This document shows positions 48,230-57,027 of a stretch of 64,000 nucleotides of DNA, piece after piece. The stretch comes from an uncultured Acidobacteriota bacterium (lineage in GTDB: Bacteria; Acidobacteriota; Vicinamibacteria; Vicinamibacterales; 2-12-FULL-66-21). Positions within the stretch are counted from its first letter, which is position 1. The number at the start of each line of letters is the position of its first letter. The translations under genes were made by a program, and so were the position numbers. The stretch lies in NCBI GenBank assembly GCA_963834305.1, contig CAWIAX010000003.1:1024661-1088660 (forward strand), given 5' to 3'. The notes under the pieces were generated by a model, which was given only the letters and a program-made list of their open reading frames with translations, was not told the DNA's origin and ran no database searches.

Positions 48230-49572
48230 ATCGCGTCGCTCCAGGGCGCTCGCAGTGCGCGTGAGAGCAGGCGGTTCGCCTGCTCGTCGTCAATGAATCG
48301 TTCGGCCTTCGGATCCCAGCGCAGCTTGCGCTGCAGTTGCATCGCGATGGCGGACTGCTGGCACATCGTTTCGGCGTGCACCGCCGCGGTGATCGGCGAG
48401 ATCGGCGCCGCGTTCTTCCGGATGGCGTCGAGGAAGTTCTGCTTGTGGTCGTCGGAGAAAATCACGTGCTTCTCGTTCGGCCCGATCACCGTCTGCGCCA
48501 GCGACGCCGGCTCGGTTTTCACACCCTGACGGCTGACCCAGATCCAGCCCTTCGACCCGGTGACCAGGCTGGCCATGCCGCCCAGCTCGAACTGCTTGGC
48601 CCTCTTCTTCGCGGTGACGAGATCCATATGGATCACCGTGGGGCCGCCCGCGTATTTCTGCTCGACGGTCCACGAGTACGGCACGTCGCGAATGTCCGCG
48701 AAATAGCGGGCCCGACCTTCGATCTCGGTCGGCGTCGTGTCGTCGGTGTCGAAGAAGAACTGCGCGGCGTCGAGGTCGTGAATGCCCCAGGCGCCGCCGA
48801 GACAGCCGAGGCCGTAGTCGCGGATGAACAGCCAGGCGAGCGAGACCCGGACGTCGCTGTACGGCACGTACGGCGAGGGCCCGAGCCACTGGTCGTAGTC
48901 GAAGCCGGCGGGTGGATCCGTCAGGATCTCGGGGGGCTCCGGCTTCGGCGGCGAGCCTCCGGCCGAGCCGATCATGACGTTGCGCACGTCGCCGATATAG
49001 CCGTTTCGCACCAGTTCTGCGGTGTGGCGATAGTGGACGCTGGACCGCTGCTGCGTGCCCCACTGGAAGACCACACCGTGCTTCTGCACCGCGGCCCGCA
49101 GCGCCAGCCCTTCGGCCAGCGTGACGCTGAGCGGCTTCTCGCAGTAGATGTGCTTGCCGCGGCGCGCCGCCTCGATGCCGATCAGCGGATGCCAGCGTTC
49201 CCCGGTGGCGATGACGACGGCATCGATGTCCGGCCGCGCCAGCAGCTCGCGGAAATCGGGATGCGCGGCGCATTGCGAATCGCCATACTGCTGATTGACC
49301 TGGCCCTGCGCGCGTTCGAGGGTGGCCAGCCGGACATCGGAGATGCCGAGGATCCGGACGTCCGGCATCTTGAGGAAGCCCTGCACGTGGCCGCCGCCCA
49401 TCCTGCCGACGCCGATGTGCCCGATCGTGATGCGATCGCTCGGCGGCGTCGCCTGCGATCGGGCGACGACGTGGCGGGGCACGATCATCGGGGCCACGGC
49501 CGCAACCGTTGCGGCGCGCAGGAACTGACGCCGATTCACCGGCGAACCCGGAGCCTTCGGGATGGTCGACAC
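48226..49572 (-). CDS. Tat-exported Gfo/Idh/MocA oxidoreductase
   Basis: NRRQFL; IGVGRMG; IYCEKP; QWGTQQRS; WGIHDLD. Confidence 0.93.
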   Translation of the reverse strand: MSTIPKAPGSPVNRRQFLRAATVAAVAPMIVPRHVVARSQATPPSDRITIGHIGVGRMGGGHVQGFLKMPDVRILGISDVRLATLERAQGQVNQQYGDSQCAAHPDFRELLARPDIDAVVIATGERWHPLIGIEAARRGKHIYCEKPLSVTLAEGLALRAAVQKHGVVFQWGTQQRSSVHYRHTAELVRNGYIGDVRNVMIGSAGGSPPKPEPPEILTDPPAGFDYDQWLGPSPYVPYSDVRVSLAWLFIRDYGLGCLGGAWGIHDLDAAQFFFDTDDTTPTEIEGRARYFADIRDVPYSWTVEQKYAGGPTVIHMDLVTAKKRAKQFELGGMASLVTGSKGWIWVSRQGVKTEPASLAQTVIGPNEKHVIFSDDHKQNFLDAIRKNAAPISPITAAVHAETMCQQSAIAMQLQRKLRWDPKAERFIDDEQANRLLSRALRAPWSDAI

Positions 49573-49603
49573 GGTTTCCTCCCAGCGGACGCGAGTGCCT
49601 GGC

Positions 49604-49632
49604 TTGACACCCGGCGGCGCCGTTAGTATAAG
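49604..49632 (+). promoter_or_regulatory. Near-consensus sigma70 promoter
   Basis: TTGACA-N17-TATAAG. Confidence 0.78.
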
Positions 49633-49643
49633 AGCTACGCCGC

Positions 49644-49666
49644 GCGTTTGCGCAATGCGCAAACGC
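49644..49666. promoter_or_regulatory. IclR-type operator, site 2 (perfect palindrome)
   Basis: GCGTTTGCGCA-A-TGCGCAAACGC, just downstream of the -10. Confidence 0.75.
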
Positions 49667-49734
49667 CGGTTCAAAAAAATATCCGGTGCTCCCGCGCGGA
49701 CAGGGCAGCGTGCGTCGGAACAGCGAGGTCTTCC

Positions 49735-50685
49735 GTGGCAGGTCCAGTGAATCGTCGCGCGTTCAACAAGGCAGTGCTCACCGGGCTCGGCGCGGCGGCG
49801 CTTCCGCCGCTGACCGCCGGCGCCGCCAGCCAGCCGGCGGCCGTCAGCCAGAGCGGCGCCGCCAAGCAGCTGCGCATCGGCTGCACCTCCCTGGTGTGGG
49901 GCGTCTTTCCCCGCGCGCCGGAGCCCCTCGAAACCGCTGTCCGCGACATGTCGGAGCTCGGCTACAAGGGCTTCGAGACGTTCGGCCAGGTCCTCGAGGA
50001 CTGGGACAAGAAAGGCACGCTGGACAAGCTGATCTCCCAGTACAAGATTCCGCTCATCTCCGCGTATGCCCCCCTGAACGTGATCGATGCATCCGTGCGC
50101 AAGAACGAAATCGCCACGATCCTCCGCTGGGGCAATATCCTCAAGAAGCACGGTGCCAGCTTCATCGTGATCGAGGCCGGCGGCATCAAGCGCACGGGCT
50201 ACGACTTCGCCGCGCACCGCGCCAACATCGTCGCGGCGCTGAACGACTACGGCAAGGCGCTGGCGGATATCGGCGTCGGCTCCGGCCTGCACCAGCATAC
50301 CGGGACGGCGATCGAAACCCGCGACGAGGTCTATGCGGTCATGGAAAGCGTCGACACGCGGGTCTTCAAGTTCGCGCCCGATCTCGGCCAGCTGCAGAAG
50401 GGCGGTGCCGACGCCGCGCAGGTCATCAAGGACTTCGCCTCGATCACCGTGCACATGCACCTGAAGGATTTCGTCAACGGTCCGCACATGGGCGGCTACT
50501 CCCCGCTCGGCATCGGCATGGTCGATTTGAAAGCGATCCTCGAGACGATGGAGCAGGCGAGTCCGAAAGCGAACATCATGCACGAGCTCGACCCGTCGCG
50601 AAACATGCCCTACACGCCGCACCAGACCGCGGAAATCAGCAAGTGGTATCTCCAGAAGCTGGGCTACATGCTGGGGACCGCATAG
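49735..50685 (+). CDS. Tat-exported sugar-phosphate isomerase/epimerase (IolE-like TIM barrel)
   Basis: NRRAFN; LHQHTGTAIE, PDLGQ, HMHLKD, HELD. Confidence 0.88.
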   Translation: MAGPVNRRAFNKAVLTGLGAAALPPLTAGAASQPAAVSQSGAAKQLRIGCTSLVWGVFPRAPEPLETAVRDMSELGYKGFETFGQVLEDWDKKGTLDKLISQYKIPLISAYAPLNVIDASVRKNEIATILRWGNILKKHGASFIVIEAGGIKRTGYDFAAHRANIVAALNDYGKALADIGVGSGLHQHTGTAIETRDEVYAVMESVDTRVFKFAPDLGQLQKGGADAAQVIKDFASITVHMHLKDFVNGPHMGGYSPLGIGMVDLKAILETMEQASPKANIMHELDPSRNMPYTPHQTAEISKWYLQKLGYMLGTA

Positions 50686-50847
50686 CCCGCCCGCATAACG
50701 CCAGCCTCCAGCACTCGAGCGGTTGCGTTCTGCCGCGCCCCAGACGTCTCACGCCGAAGGCGTGTCCGGTGCCGCGCTGGTGGTGCTGCCGACGGACAAG
50801 GGATGCTTGACGGACGCGGCGCAACGTAAACAACTATGGAGGATGGA

Positions 50848-51141
50848 ATGATCGTTCTGACAGCGAAATACTTTGCGAAGAAAGGGAAGGGCGACGAGGT
50901 CGAGGGCCTGCTGCGGCGGATGGCGCCGCTCGTCAGCGCCAATGAACCCGGCTGCAAGCTCTACCACGCCAATCGATCTGCCGACAATCCGGACATCTTC
51001 CTGCTCTACGAGCATTATGCCGACCAGGCCGCGCTCGACGCCCATCGCAACACGCCACATTTCAAGGAGATTATCGAGGGCGTCATCGTCCCGCTCCTCG
51101 AGAAGCGCGAGCGTGAGCTGTATCAATCGGTGATTGCGTAG
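50848..51141 (+). CDS. ABM / quinol monooxygenase-like protein
   Basis: EPGCKLY, FLLYEHY, AHRNTPHF. Confidence 0.9.
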   Translation: MIVLTAKYFAKKGKGDEVEGLLRRMAPLVSANEPGCKLYHANRSADNPDIFLLYEHYADQAALDAHRNTPHFKEIIEGVIVPLLEKRERELYQSVIA

Positions 51142-51150
51142 CGTCCGACC

Positions 51151-52131
51151 ATGAAGCTGGTGTCGTTTCTCCTGCCGACGCCGATGGGGCCGCAGGTCCG
51201 TACCGGGGCGATCGACGCCGCGGGCGGCATTGTCGATCTCGCGGCGGCCTTCCGCGCTCTGCTGCTTGCCGAGGGGCTCCCTCAGGGGGCGGCCGTGCGG
51301 ATCAGCGAGGCGCTGTTGCCCGGCGAGATGGTGGCGCTCATCGAAGGAGGGGAACGCTCGCTCGACGCCGCGCGCCGAGCCCTGCAGTGGGCGGCTGACG
51401 AAGGGCCGGACGGCGGCGGTATACCGGTGGTGCATCGGGGCGAAGGACTGCAGTTCCTCCCGCCGGTGCCGCGGCCGCCGCTGCTGCGGGACTTCATGGG
51501 GTTCGAGACCCACCTGCGCAACATCTATCCGAAGCTGGGGCGCGAGATTCCGCCGGAATGGTACAAGATTCCGGTGTACTACAAGGGCAATGCCGGCAGC
51601 CTGGGGACGCACGGCGACGACATCGCGATCCCTTCCTATGCCACGGCGCTCGACATCGAGTTCGAGCTGGCCATGGTCGTGGGCCGCGGCGGCATCAACA
51701 TCCCGGCCGAGCGCGCACTCGACCACGTCTTCGGCTACATGATCTACAACGATTTCAGCGAGCGGGTGATTCAGGCGCGCGAAATGTCGGTTGGTCTTGG
51801 TCCGGCGAAGGGGAAGGACTTCGTGCGCGGCCACGTGATGGGGCCGTGTCTGGTCACCGCAGACGAGGTTCCCGACATCTACAACCTCCGCATGGTCGCT
51901 CGCGTCAACGGCGACGTCTGGTGCGAGAGCAACTCCGGGACGATCCATTGGAAGTTCGAGCAGATGATCGCCCACGCCTCGACCGACGAGGCCCTGCGCC
52001 CGGGCGAGATCCTCGGCTCGGGCACGGTGGGCGGCGGATCGGGCGCCGAGCGCGGCACCTATCTCGGCCGCGGCGACGTCGTCGAGCTCGAAGTCGAACG
52101 CCTTGGCACGTTAAGGAATCGAGTTGTGTGA
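51151..52131 (+). CDS. Fumarylacetoacetate hydrolase family protein
   Basis: RDFMGFETH, LDIEFELA, YNDFSER, KGKDF, GSGTVG. Confidence 0.92.
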   Translation: MKLVSFLLPTPMGPQVRTGAIDAAGGIVDLAAAFRALLLAEGLPQGAAVRISEALLPGEMVALIEGGERSLDAARRALQWAADEGPDGGGIPVVHRGEGLQFLPPVPRPPLLRDFMGFETHLRNIYPKLGREIPPEWYKIPVYYKGNAGSLGTHGDDIAIPSYATALDIEFELAMVVGRGGINIPAERALDHVFGYMIYNDFSERVIQAREMSVGLGPAKGKDFVRGHVMGPCLVTADEVPDIYNLRMVARVNGDVWCESNSGTIHWKFEQMIAHASTDEALRPGEILGSGTVGGGSGAERGTYLGRGDVVELEVERLGTLRNRVV

Positions 52132-53532
52132 ATGGCAATCGCCACGATCAATCCCGCCACCGGGGAAACCCTGCGCACCTTCAAGCCACTGACGGATTCC
52201 GAGCTCGACGACAAGATCGCGCACGCGGCACAGACGTTCCAGACCTACCGCCGGATCCCGCTCGCCGAACGCGCCGCCTGGCTGCTGCGCGCCGCGGAGA
52301 TCCTCGACGCAGAGCAAGGCGCGCTGGGCCGCCTGATGACGACCGAGATGGGCAAGCTGGTCACGGCGGGCGGCGAGGAGGCGGCCAAGTGCGCGTGGGG
52401 CTGCCGGTTCTATGCCGAGCAGGCCCCGCGCATGCTCGCCGACGAGCCGGCGCAGAGCACGGCGACGCACAGCTTCGTCCGCTATCAGCCGCTCGGCCCA
52501 ATCCTCGCGGTGATGCCGTGGAACTTCCCGTTCTGGCAGGTCTTCCGGCTCGCGGCCCCGGCGCTGATGGCTGGCAACGTCGTGCTGCTGAAGCACGCGT
52601 CGAATGTGCCGCAGTGTGCGCTGGCGATCGAAGATATCATCCGGCGCGCCGGCTTTCCCGACGGCGCCTTTCAGACCCTGCTGATTCCTTCGGACCAGGT
52701 GCAACGCGTCCTCGACGATTCACGCGTGGCGGCGGTATCGCTGACCGGGAGCGAGGGGGCCGGCCGCAGCATTGCCGCCGCCGCGGGCCGGCAGATCAAG
52801 AAGGCGGTCCTCGAGCTCGGCGGCAGCGATCCGTTCATTGTCATGCCGAGCGCCGACCTGCGCGCCGCCATCGACACGGCGGTGAAGGCGCGCGTCGTCA
52901 ACAGCGGCCAGTCGTGCATCGCCGCCAAGCGGTTCATCGTGGCAGAGGCCGCGGCGGACGCGTTCGAGCGCGGCTTCACCGGAAAGATGCAGGCGCTCAC
53001 GGTCGGTGATCCCCTGGATCCGGCCACTGACGTCGGGCCGCTGGCGACGAGGACCACGCTGACGGACCTCGACGATCAGGTGCGACGTTCGGTTGCCGCC
53101 GGTGCTCGCGTGCTGGCCGGTGGCCACCCGATCGAGCGCCCGGGGAACTACTACGCGCCCACCGTGCTCACCGATGTCCAACCGGGTTCGCCGGCTTACA
53201 CGGAGGAGCTGTTCGGGCCGGTCGCGGTCCTGTTCCGTGTCCGCGACGCCGGCGAGGCGATCCGCGTCGCCAACGACACGCCGTTTGGTCTCGGCTCGAG
53301 CGTGTGGACCAACGATGCTGCGGAACGCGCGAGATTCATCGACGAGATCGAGGCAGGGCAGGTCTTCGTGAATGGCATGGTGGTGTCGGATCCCCGCCTG
53401 CCGTTCGGGGGCATCAAGAACTCCGGGTACGGCCGCGAACTCGGCGTGTACGGCATCCGCGAGTTCGTCAACGTCAAGACGGTCTGGATCAACGACGCAG
53501 CCGGCGGGCATCCGGAGAGCCTGACCGAATAG
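52132..53532 (+). CDS. NAD(P)-dependent succinate-semialdehyde-type aldehyde dehydrogenase
   Basis: MPWNFPFWQ, LELGGSDP, GQSCIAAKR, EELFGP, PFGGIKNSGYGREL. Confidence 0.93.
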   Translation: MAIATINPATGETLRTFKPLTDSELDDKIAHAAQTFQTYRRIPLAERAAWLLRAAEILDAEQGALGRLMTTEMGKLVTAGGEEAAKCAWGCRFYAEQAPRMLADEPAQSTATHSFVRYQPLGPILAVMPWNFPFWQVFRLAAPALMAGNVVLLKHASNVPQCALAIEDIIRRAGFPDGAFQTLLIPSDQVQRVLDDSRVAAVSLTGSEGAGRSIAAAAGRQIKKAVLELGGSDPFIVMPSADLRAAIDTAVKARVVNSGQSCIAAKRFIVAEAAADAFERGFTGKMQALTVGDPLDPATDVGPLATRTTLTDLDDQVRRSVAAGARVLAGGHPIERPGNYYAPTVLTDVQPGSPAYTEELFGPVAVLFRVRDAGEAIRVANDTPFGLGSSVWTNDAAERARFIDEIEAGQVFVNGMVVSDPRLPFGGIKNSGYGRELGVYGIREFVNVKTVWINDAAGGHPESLTE

Positions 53533-53547
53533 AGGCGGAGAGGATCT

Positions 53548-54294
53548 GTGAAACTCAAAGGCAAAGTCGCGTTGGTCACGGGAGCGGGCCGGGGCATCGG
53601 CCGCGGCATCGCCGAGGTATTCGCGGCGGAGGGTGCCGATGTCGCGGTGAACGACCTGACCGAGGCTGAAGATGTCGTGCAGGCGCTCCGCGCCACCGGC
53701 CGGAGGGCGATCGCGGTCAAGGGGGACGTCGCCCGACGTGCGGACGTCACGCCGATGATCGACCGGGTCTGGCAGGAGCTCGGACCGATTGACATCCTCG
53801 TCAACAACGCCGGCATCGAAACGATCGTGCCCTTCCTGGAACTGACGGACGAGCAGTGGACGCGCCTCGTCGACGTGAACCTGCGCGGCGCGTGGCTGTG
53901 CTCACAGGTCTTCTGCCAGCGGGTCCTGGCCGAGGGCCGCAAGGGCAGCATTGTCAACATCGGCTCGATCCAGGCGGCGAAGGTCCTGCCGGGGCGCACC
54001 CATTACGCGCCTACCAAGCTCGGTCTTGAAGCACTGACCCGCAACATGTCCGCCGAGGTGACGCCGCGGGGCATCCGGGTCAACTGCATCCATCCCGGCT
54101 TGATCGACACACCCATGACGTCGTGGGTGATGAAGGATGCCGTCGTGCTGCCGCAGGTCCTCGCGCAGATCTCGCTCGGCAGGGCCGGCGAGCCGCGTGA
54201 GATCGGCACGGTGGCCGCATTTTTCGCCTCGGACGAGGCCAGTTATCTGACCGGGCAGTCGATTTTCGTGGATGGCGGGTGGCAGGGCAAATGA
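53548..54294 (+). CDS. Short-chain dehydrogenase/reductase
   Basis: TGAGRGIG, NNAG, YAPTK. Confidence 0.93.
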   Translation: MKLKGKVALVTGAGRGIGRGIAEVFAAEGADVAVNDLTEAEDVVQALRATGRRAIAVKGDVARRADVTPMIDRVWQELGPIDILVNNAGIETIVPFLELTDEQWTRLVDVNLRGAWLCSQVFCQRVLAEGRKGSIVNIGSIQAAKVLPGRTHYAPTKLGLEALTRNMSAEVTPRGIRVNCIHPGLIDTPMTSWVMKDAVVLPQVLAQISLGRAGEPREIGTVAAFFASDEASYLTGQSIFVDGGWQGK

Positions 54295-55013
54295 CGCGCA
54301 GACTCATCGACCTCAGCATGGAGGTCTACAAGGGGATGATGACCTATCCCAACGTTGCCAAGCCGGTCATCATCGAGATGGAGAGCTACAGCGAGATGGC
54401 CCGCAGCGTCGGCACGGACCAGTTCGGCGTCGACGAGATCACGAATCACTGCATGATCGTCACCGGCGATCACATCGGCACCCACATCGATTCGTGGGGC
54501 CACGTGAAGCCCGACGCGCCGCGTGCCGAAGGGATACCGCTCGACTACTGCTACGGCGACGGGGTCGTGCTCGACCTGACCCACAAGCGGGCCGGCGAGG
54601 AGATCACACCGGGGGACATCGATGAGGCCGAACGGAAGCTCGATGGCTACCGCATCAAGGCGCTCGATATCGTGCTGCTCCGGACCGACGCCGCGAAGCA
54701 ACGTACGGAAAAGGCCTACCTGACGAACCATCCGGGCATGACGAAAGAAGCGGTCCACGCCGTGCTCGATCGCGGCGTCAAGGTCATGGGCATCGACGCC
54801 ATCGGTTTCGACCCGCCGGTGGCGCAGATGTTCGAACGGCGCAAGTTCTGGGAAGCGCACCGGGTCATGCGGGAGCGCGAGTACTACCACCTCGAGAACC
54901 TCTGCAACCTGCACGAGATCCCGGCGCCCTACCATTCCTTCCTGGTCAGCGTGCTGCCGGTGAAGTGGCGGGGCGCATCCGCGGCGCCGGTCAGGGCGGT
55001 GGCGATCGTCTGA
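54291..55013 (+). CDS. Cyclase / kynurenine formamidase-like metal-dependent hydrolase
   Basis: HIGTHID..GH, ENLCNL, APVRAVA. Confidence 0.9.
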   Translation: MTRRLIDLSMEVYKGMMTYPNVAKPVIIEMESYSEMARSVGTDQFGVDEITNHCMIVTGDHIGTHIDSWGHVKPDAPRAEGIPLDYCYGDGVVLDLTHKRAGEEITPGDIDEAERKLDGYRIKALDIVLLRTDAAKQRTEKAYLTNHPGMTKEAVHAVLDRGVKVMGIDAIGFDPPVAQMFERRKFWEAHRVMREREYYHLENLCNLHEIPAPYHSFLVSVLPVKWRGASAAPVRAVAIV

Positions 55014-55053
55014 CGTTCGTCCGGCCGCGGTGGCGCCAGACACGCAACAGCAT

Positions 55054-55068
55054 TTGCGCGATGCGCAA
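55054..55068. promoter_or_regulatory. IclR-type operator, site 3 (between convergent genes)
   Basis: TTGCGCGATGCGCAA, 14/15 identical to site 2. Confidence 0.55.
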
Positions 55069-55069
55069 C

Positions 55070-56128
55070 TTACCGTGTCGCGGCGATTGCCTCGAAACGT
55101 GGCGTCGCGCGTTCCACGAAGCCGTCGTTCGCGCGTTCGACGAACAGCGCGGCGAGGTTCAGCTTCGTCGCCAGCGCCAGGCCCTCGTCTGGTCCGAGTA
55201 CCATCAGCGCCGTGTCGAACGCGTCGGCGCGAACCGCGAGCGCGTCGATGACCGTGACGGACGCCAGCCGGTGCGTCAACGGACGCCCGGTTCGCGGATC
55301 CAGGATGTGCGCGACGCGCTGGCCGTCGATTTCACGATATTTCCGGTAGTCTCCCGCGGTGGTGATCGCCAGATCCGAGATTGCCACGAGGCGCTGAATG
55401 GCATCGCCATGCCGTTCCGGACGCTCGATTGCGACCTGCCACGGCGTGCCGGCCTCGTTGCGGCCGCGGGCCAGCACTTCACCGCCGACGTCGACCAGAA
55501 AATCCGTGAAGCCGCGGTCTGTCAGTTCTCGCGTGAGCCGGTCCGCGGCGTAACCGGGGACCACCGACGAGAGGTCACACTGCACGTCCGGCCTGGTCTT
55601 CCGCACGGTCACGGCCGCCGGGTCGAGCTCCACCCGCCCGGGGCCCATCGCCTGCCGCAGCCGGGCGATCTCCTCGTTCGTCGGCGGCGTGTGGCGGGGA
55701 CCGCTGGGGCCAAAACCCCAGGCGTCAACCAGCGGTCCGATCGTGACGTCGAGCGCGCCGCCGGTCACACTCCCCACCTCGAGCGACCATTGGAAGACTT
55801 CGAACGTTTCGGATGCGATGGTGAACGGTTCGACGCTCGTGGATCGGTTGAATCGAGAGAGCTCGGAGTCCGGGTCCCAGGTGGACATGAGCCCCTCGAT
55901 GCGGCCGAGGCTGGAGCGGAGCGCGCGATCGACATCGTGAAGGCCGGGAGTTTCCAGCTCGTCTTTCGGGGTCACGATCTTCACGGAGAAGGTCCCGCCC
56001 ATCGTGAGACCGCGAAACTCGCTGACATGCCGCTCCGCGGCGGGCCGTTCCCGGGCCTGGGAGGCGGGCAGCGGGAACAGCACAGGAAGAAGGGAACACG
56101 CGCACCAGAAGAGGAGCCGCTTCACCAT
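55070..56128 (-). CDS. apbE: FAD:protein FMN transferase
   Basis: TMGG, MSTWDPDSELSRFN, DVTIGPLVDAWGF, GYAAD, VDVGGE, HILDPRTG, ADAFDTAL; signal peptide. Confidence 0.93.
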   Translation of the reverse strand: MVKRLLFWCACSLLPVLFPLPASQARERPAAERHVSEFRGLTMGGTFSVKIVTPKDELETPGLHDVDRALRSSLGRIEGLMSTWDPDSELSRFNRSTSVEPFTIASETFEVFQWSLEVGSVTGGALDVTIGPLVDAWGFGPSGPRHTPPTNEEIARLRQAMGPGRVELDPAAVTVRKTRPDVQCDLSSVVPGYAADRLTRELTDRGFTDFLVDVGGEVLARGRNEAGTPWQVAIERPERHGDAIQRLVAISDLAITTAGDYRKYREIDGQRVAHILDPRTGRPLTHRLASVTVIDALAVRADAFDTALMVLGPDEGLALATKLNLAALFVERANDGFVERATPRFEAIAATR

Positions 56129-56169
56129 TGTCGCCCCGGCCTCTTCGCCCTGTCGATGCCGCGCCGCAA

Positions 56170-56943
56170 CTACTTGCGTGTCAGAGCGGACACCGTGCGC
56201 CTGGCAGCCAGGCGCACATGCTCCGGCTGGGGCGCCTCGGTCAACCCTTCGAGCAGCGCAATCGCCTGACTGCGCTGGCCGGCAGCCACGAGTCGATCGG
56301 CGCAAATCAGCGTGCCGTTCACCACGGCCTGCTGCACCGGCGCGGGCCCCTTCCCGCGGGCGGCGACAAGCGCTTTGGCTGCCTCCGGCGTGCCAATTTC
56401 GCCCAGCGCCTTGGCGGCAGCCGCCGCGGAGTCGGGATCCTCGCTCAGGATCCTGATGAGGGCCGGCGTGCTCGCCGCATCCCGTCGCACGGCGACGGAA
56501 TTGATCACGCCGATCCTCGTGCGTCCCTTGGCCTGGCCAAGCGCCTCCCGCAAAGCCTTGTCGGACTCTGGTCCCGGAATACGCTCGAGTGCATTCCGGG
56601 CATGGACCGACAGCTCCTCGTCGAGGACCAGCGGCGTCACCGCGGGCACCGAGGCGGCGGACCCGATCAACACCAGCTGGCGGCAGACGAACGAGCGGGT
56701 GACGGAGGAGGAGGAGCCGCCAAGATATGTGAGGAGCCGCTTTTCCAGGGCCGCGCGCGCCGCCTCGTCGCCGTGCACCTCCATGACCGCCCGTTCGATG
56801 GGAATCAGCACCGTCGAGTCGATTCCAAGCTTGAACTCGTGCAACAACTCGAAGGATTGCTCCAGGGTCGGCAGCGGAGCCGGGGGCGCCTGGGGCGCGG
56901 CCGGGCGCGGTGTCTGGGTCGGAGTTGGAGGTGTTTGCATCAC
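56170..56943 (-). CDS. HEAT-repeat protein
   Basis: FVCRQLVLIGS, ARNALERIP, AAKALGEIG; Pro-rich N-terminus, no clear signal peptide. Confidence 0.85.
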   Translation of the reverse strand: MMQTPPTPTQTPRPAAPQAPPAPLPTLEQSFELLHEFKLGIDSTVLIPIERAVMEVHGDEAARAALEKRLLTYLGGSSSSVTRSFVCRQLVLIGSAASVPAVTPLVLDEELSVHARNALERIPGPESDKALREALGQAKGRTRIGVINSVAVRRDAASTPALIRILSEDPDSAAAAAKALGEIGTPEAAKALVAARGKGPAPVQQAVVNGTLICADRLVAAGQRSQAIALLEGLTEAPQPEHVRLAARRTVSALTRK

Positions 56944-56964
56944 ACGTATCCTCGTTACTTAATC

Positions 56965-57016
56965 CGCGTGGGGCCCCACCCCCACGCGCTGCAGCCGGCC
57001 TCCGGCCGGTGGCTGC
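56965..57016. repeat. Intergenic double hairpin (REP-like)
   Basis: CGCGTGGGG-N6-CCCCACGCG followed by GCAGCCGGCC-TCC-GGCCGG..GGCTGC. Confidence 0.45.
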
Positions 57017-57027
57017 TCAACAGCGAA

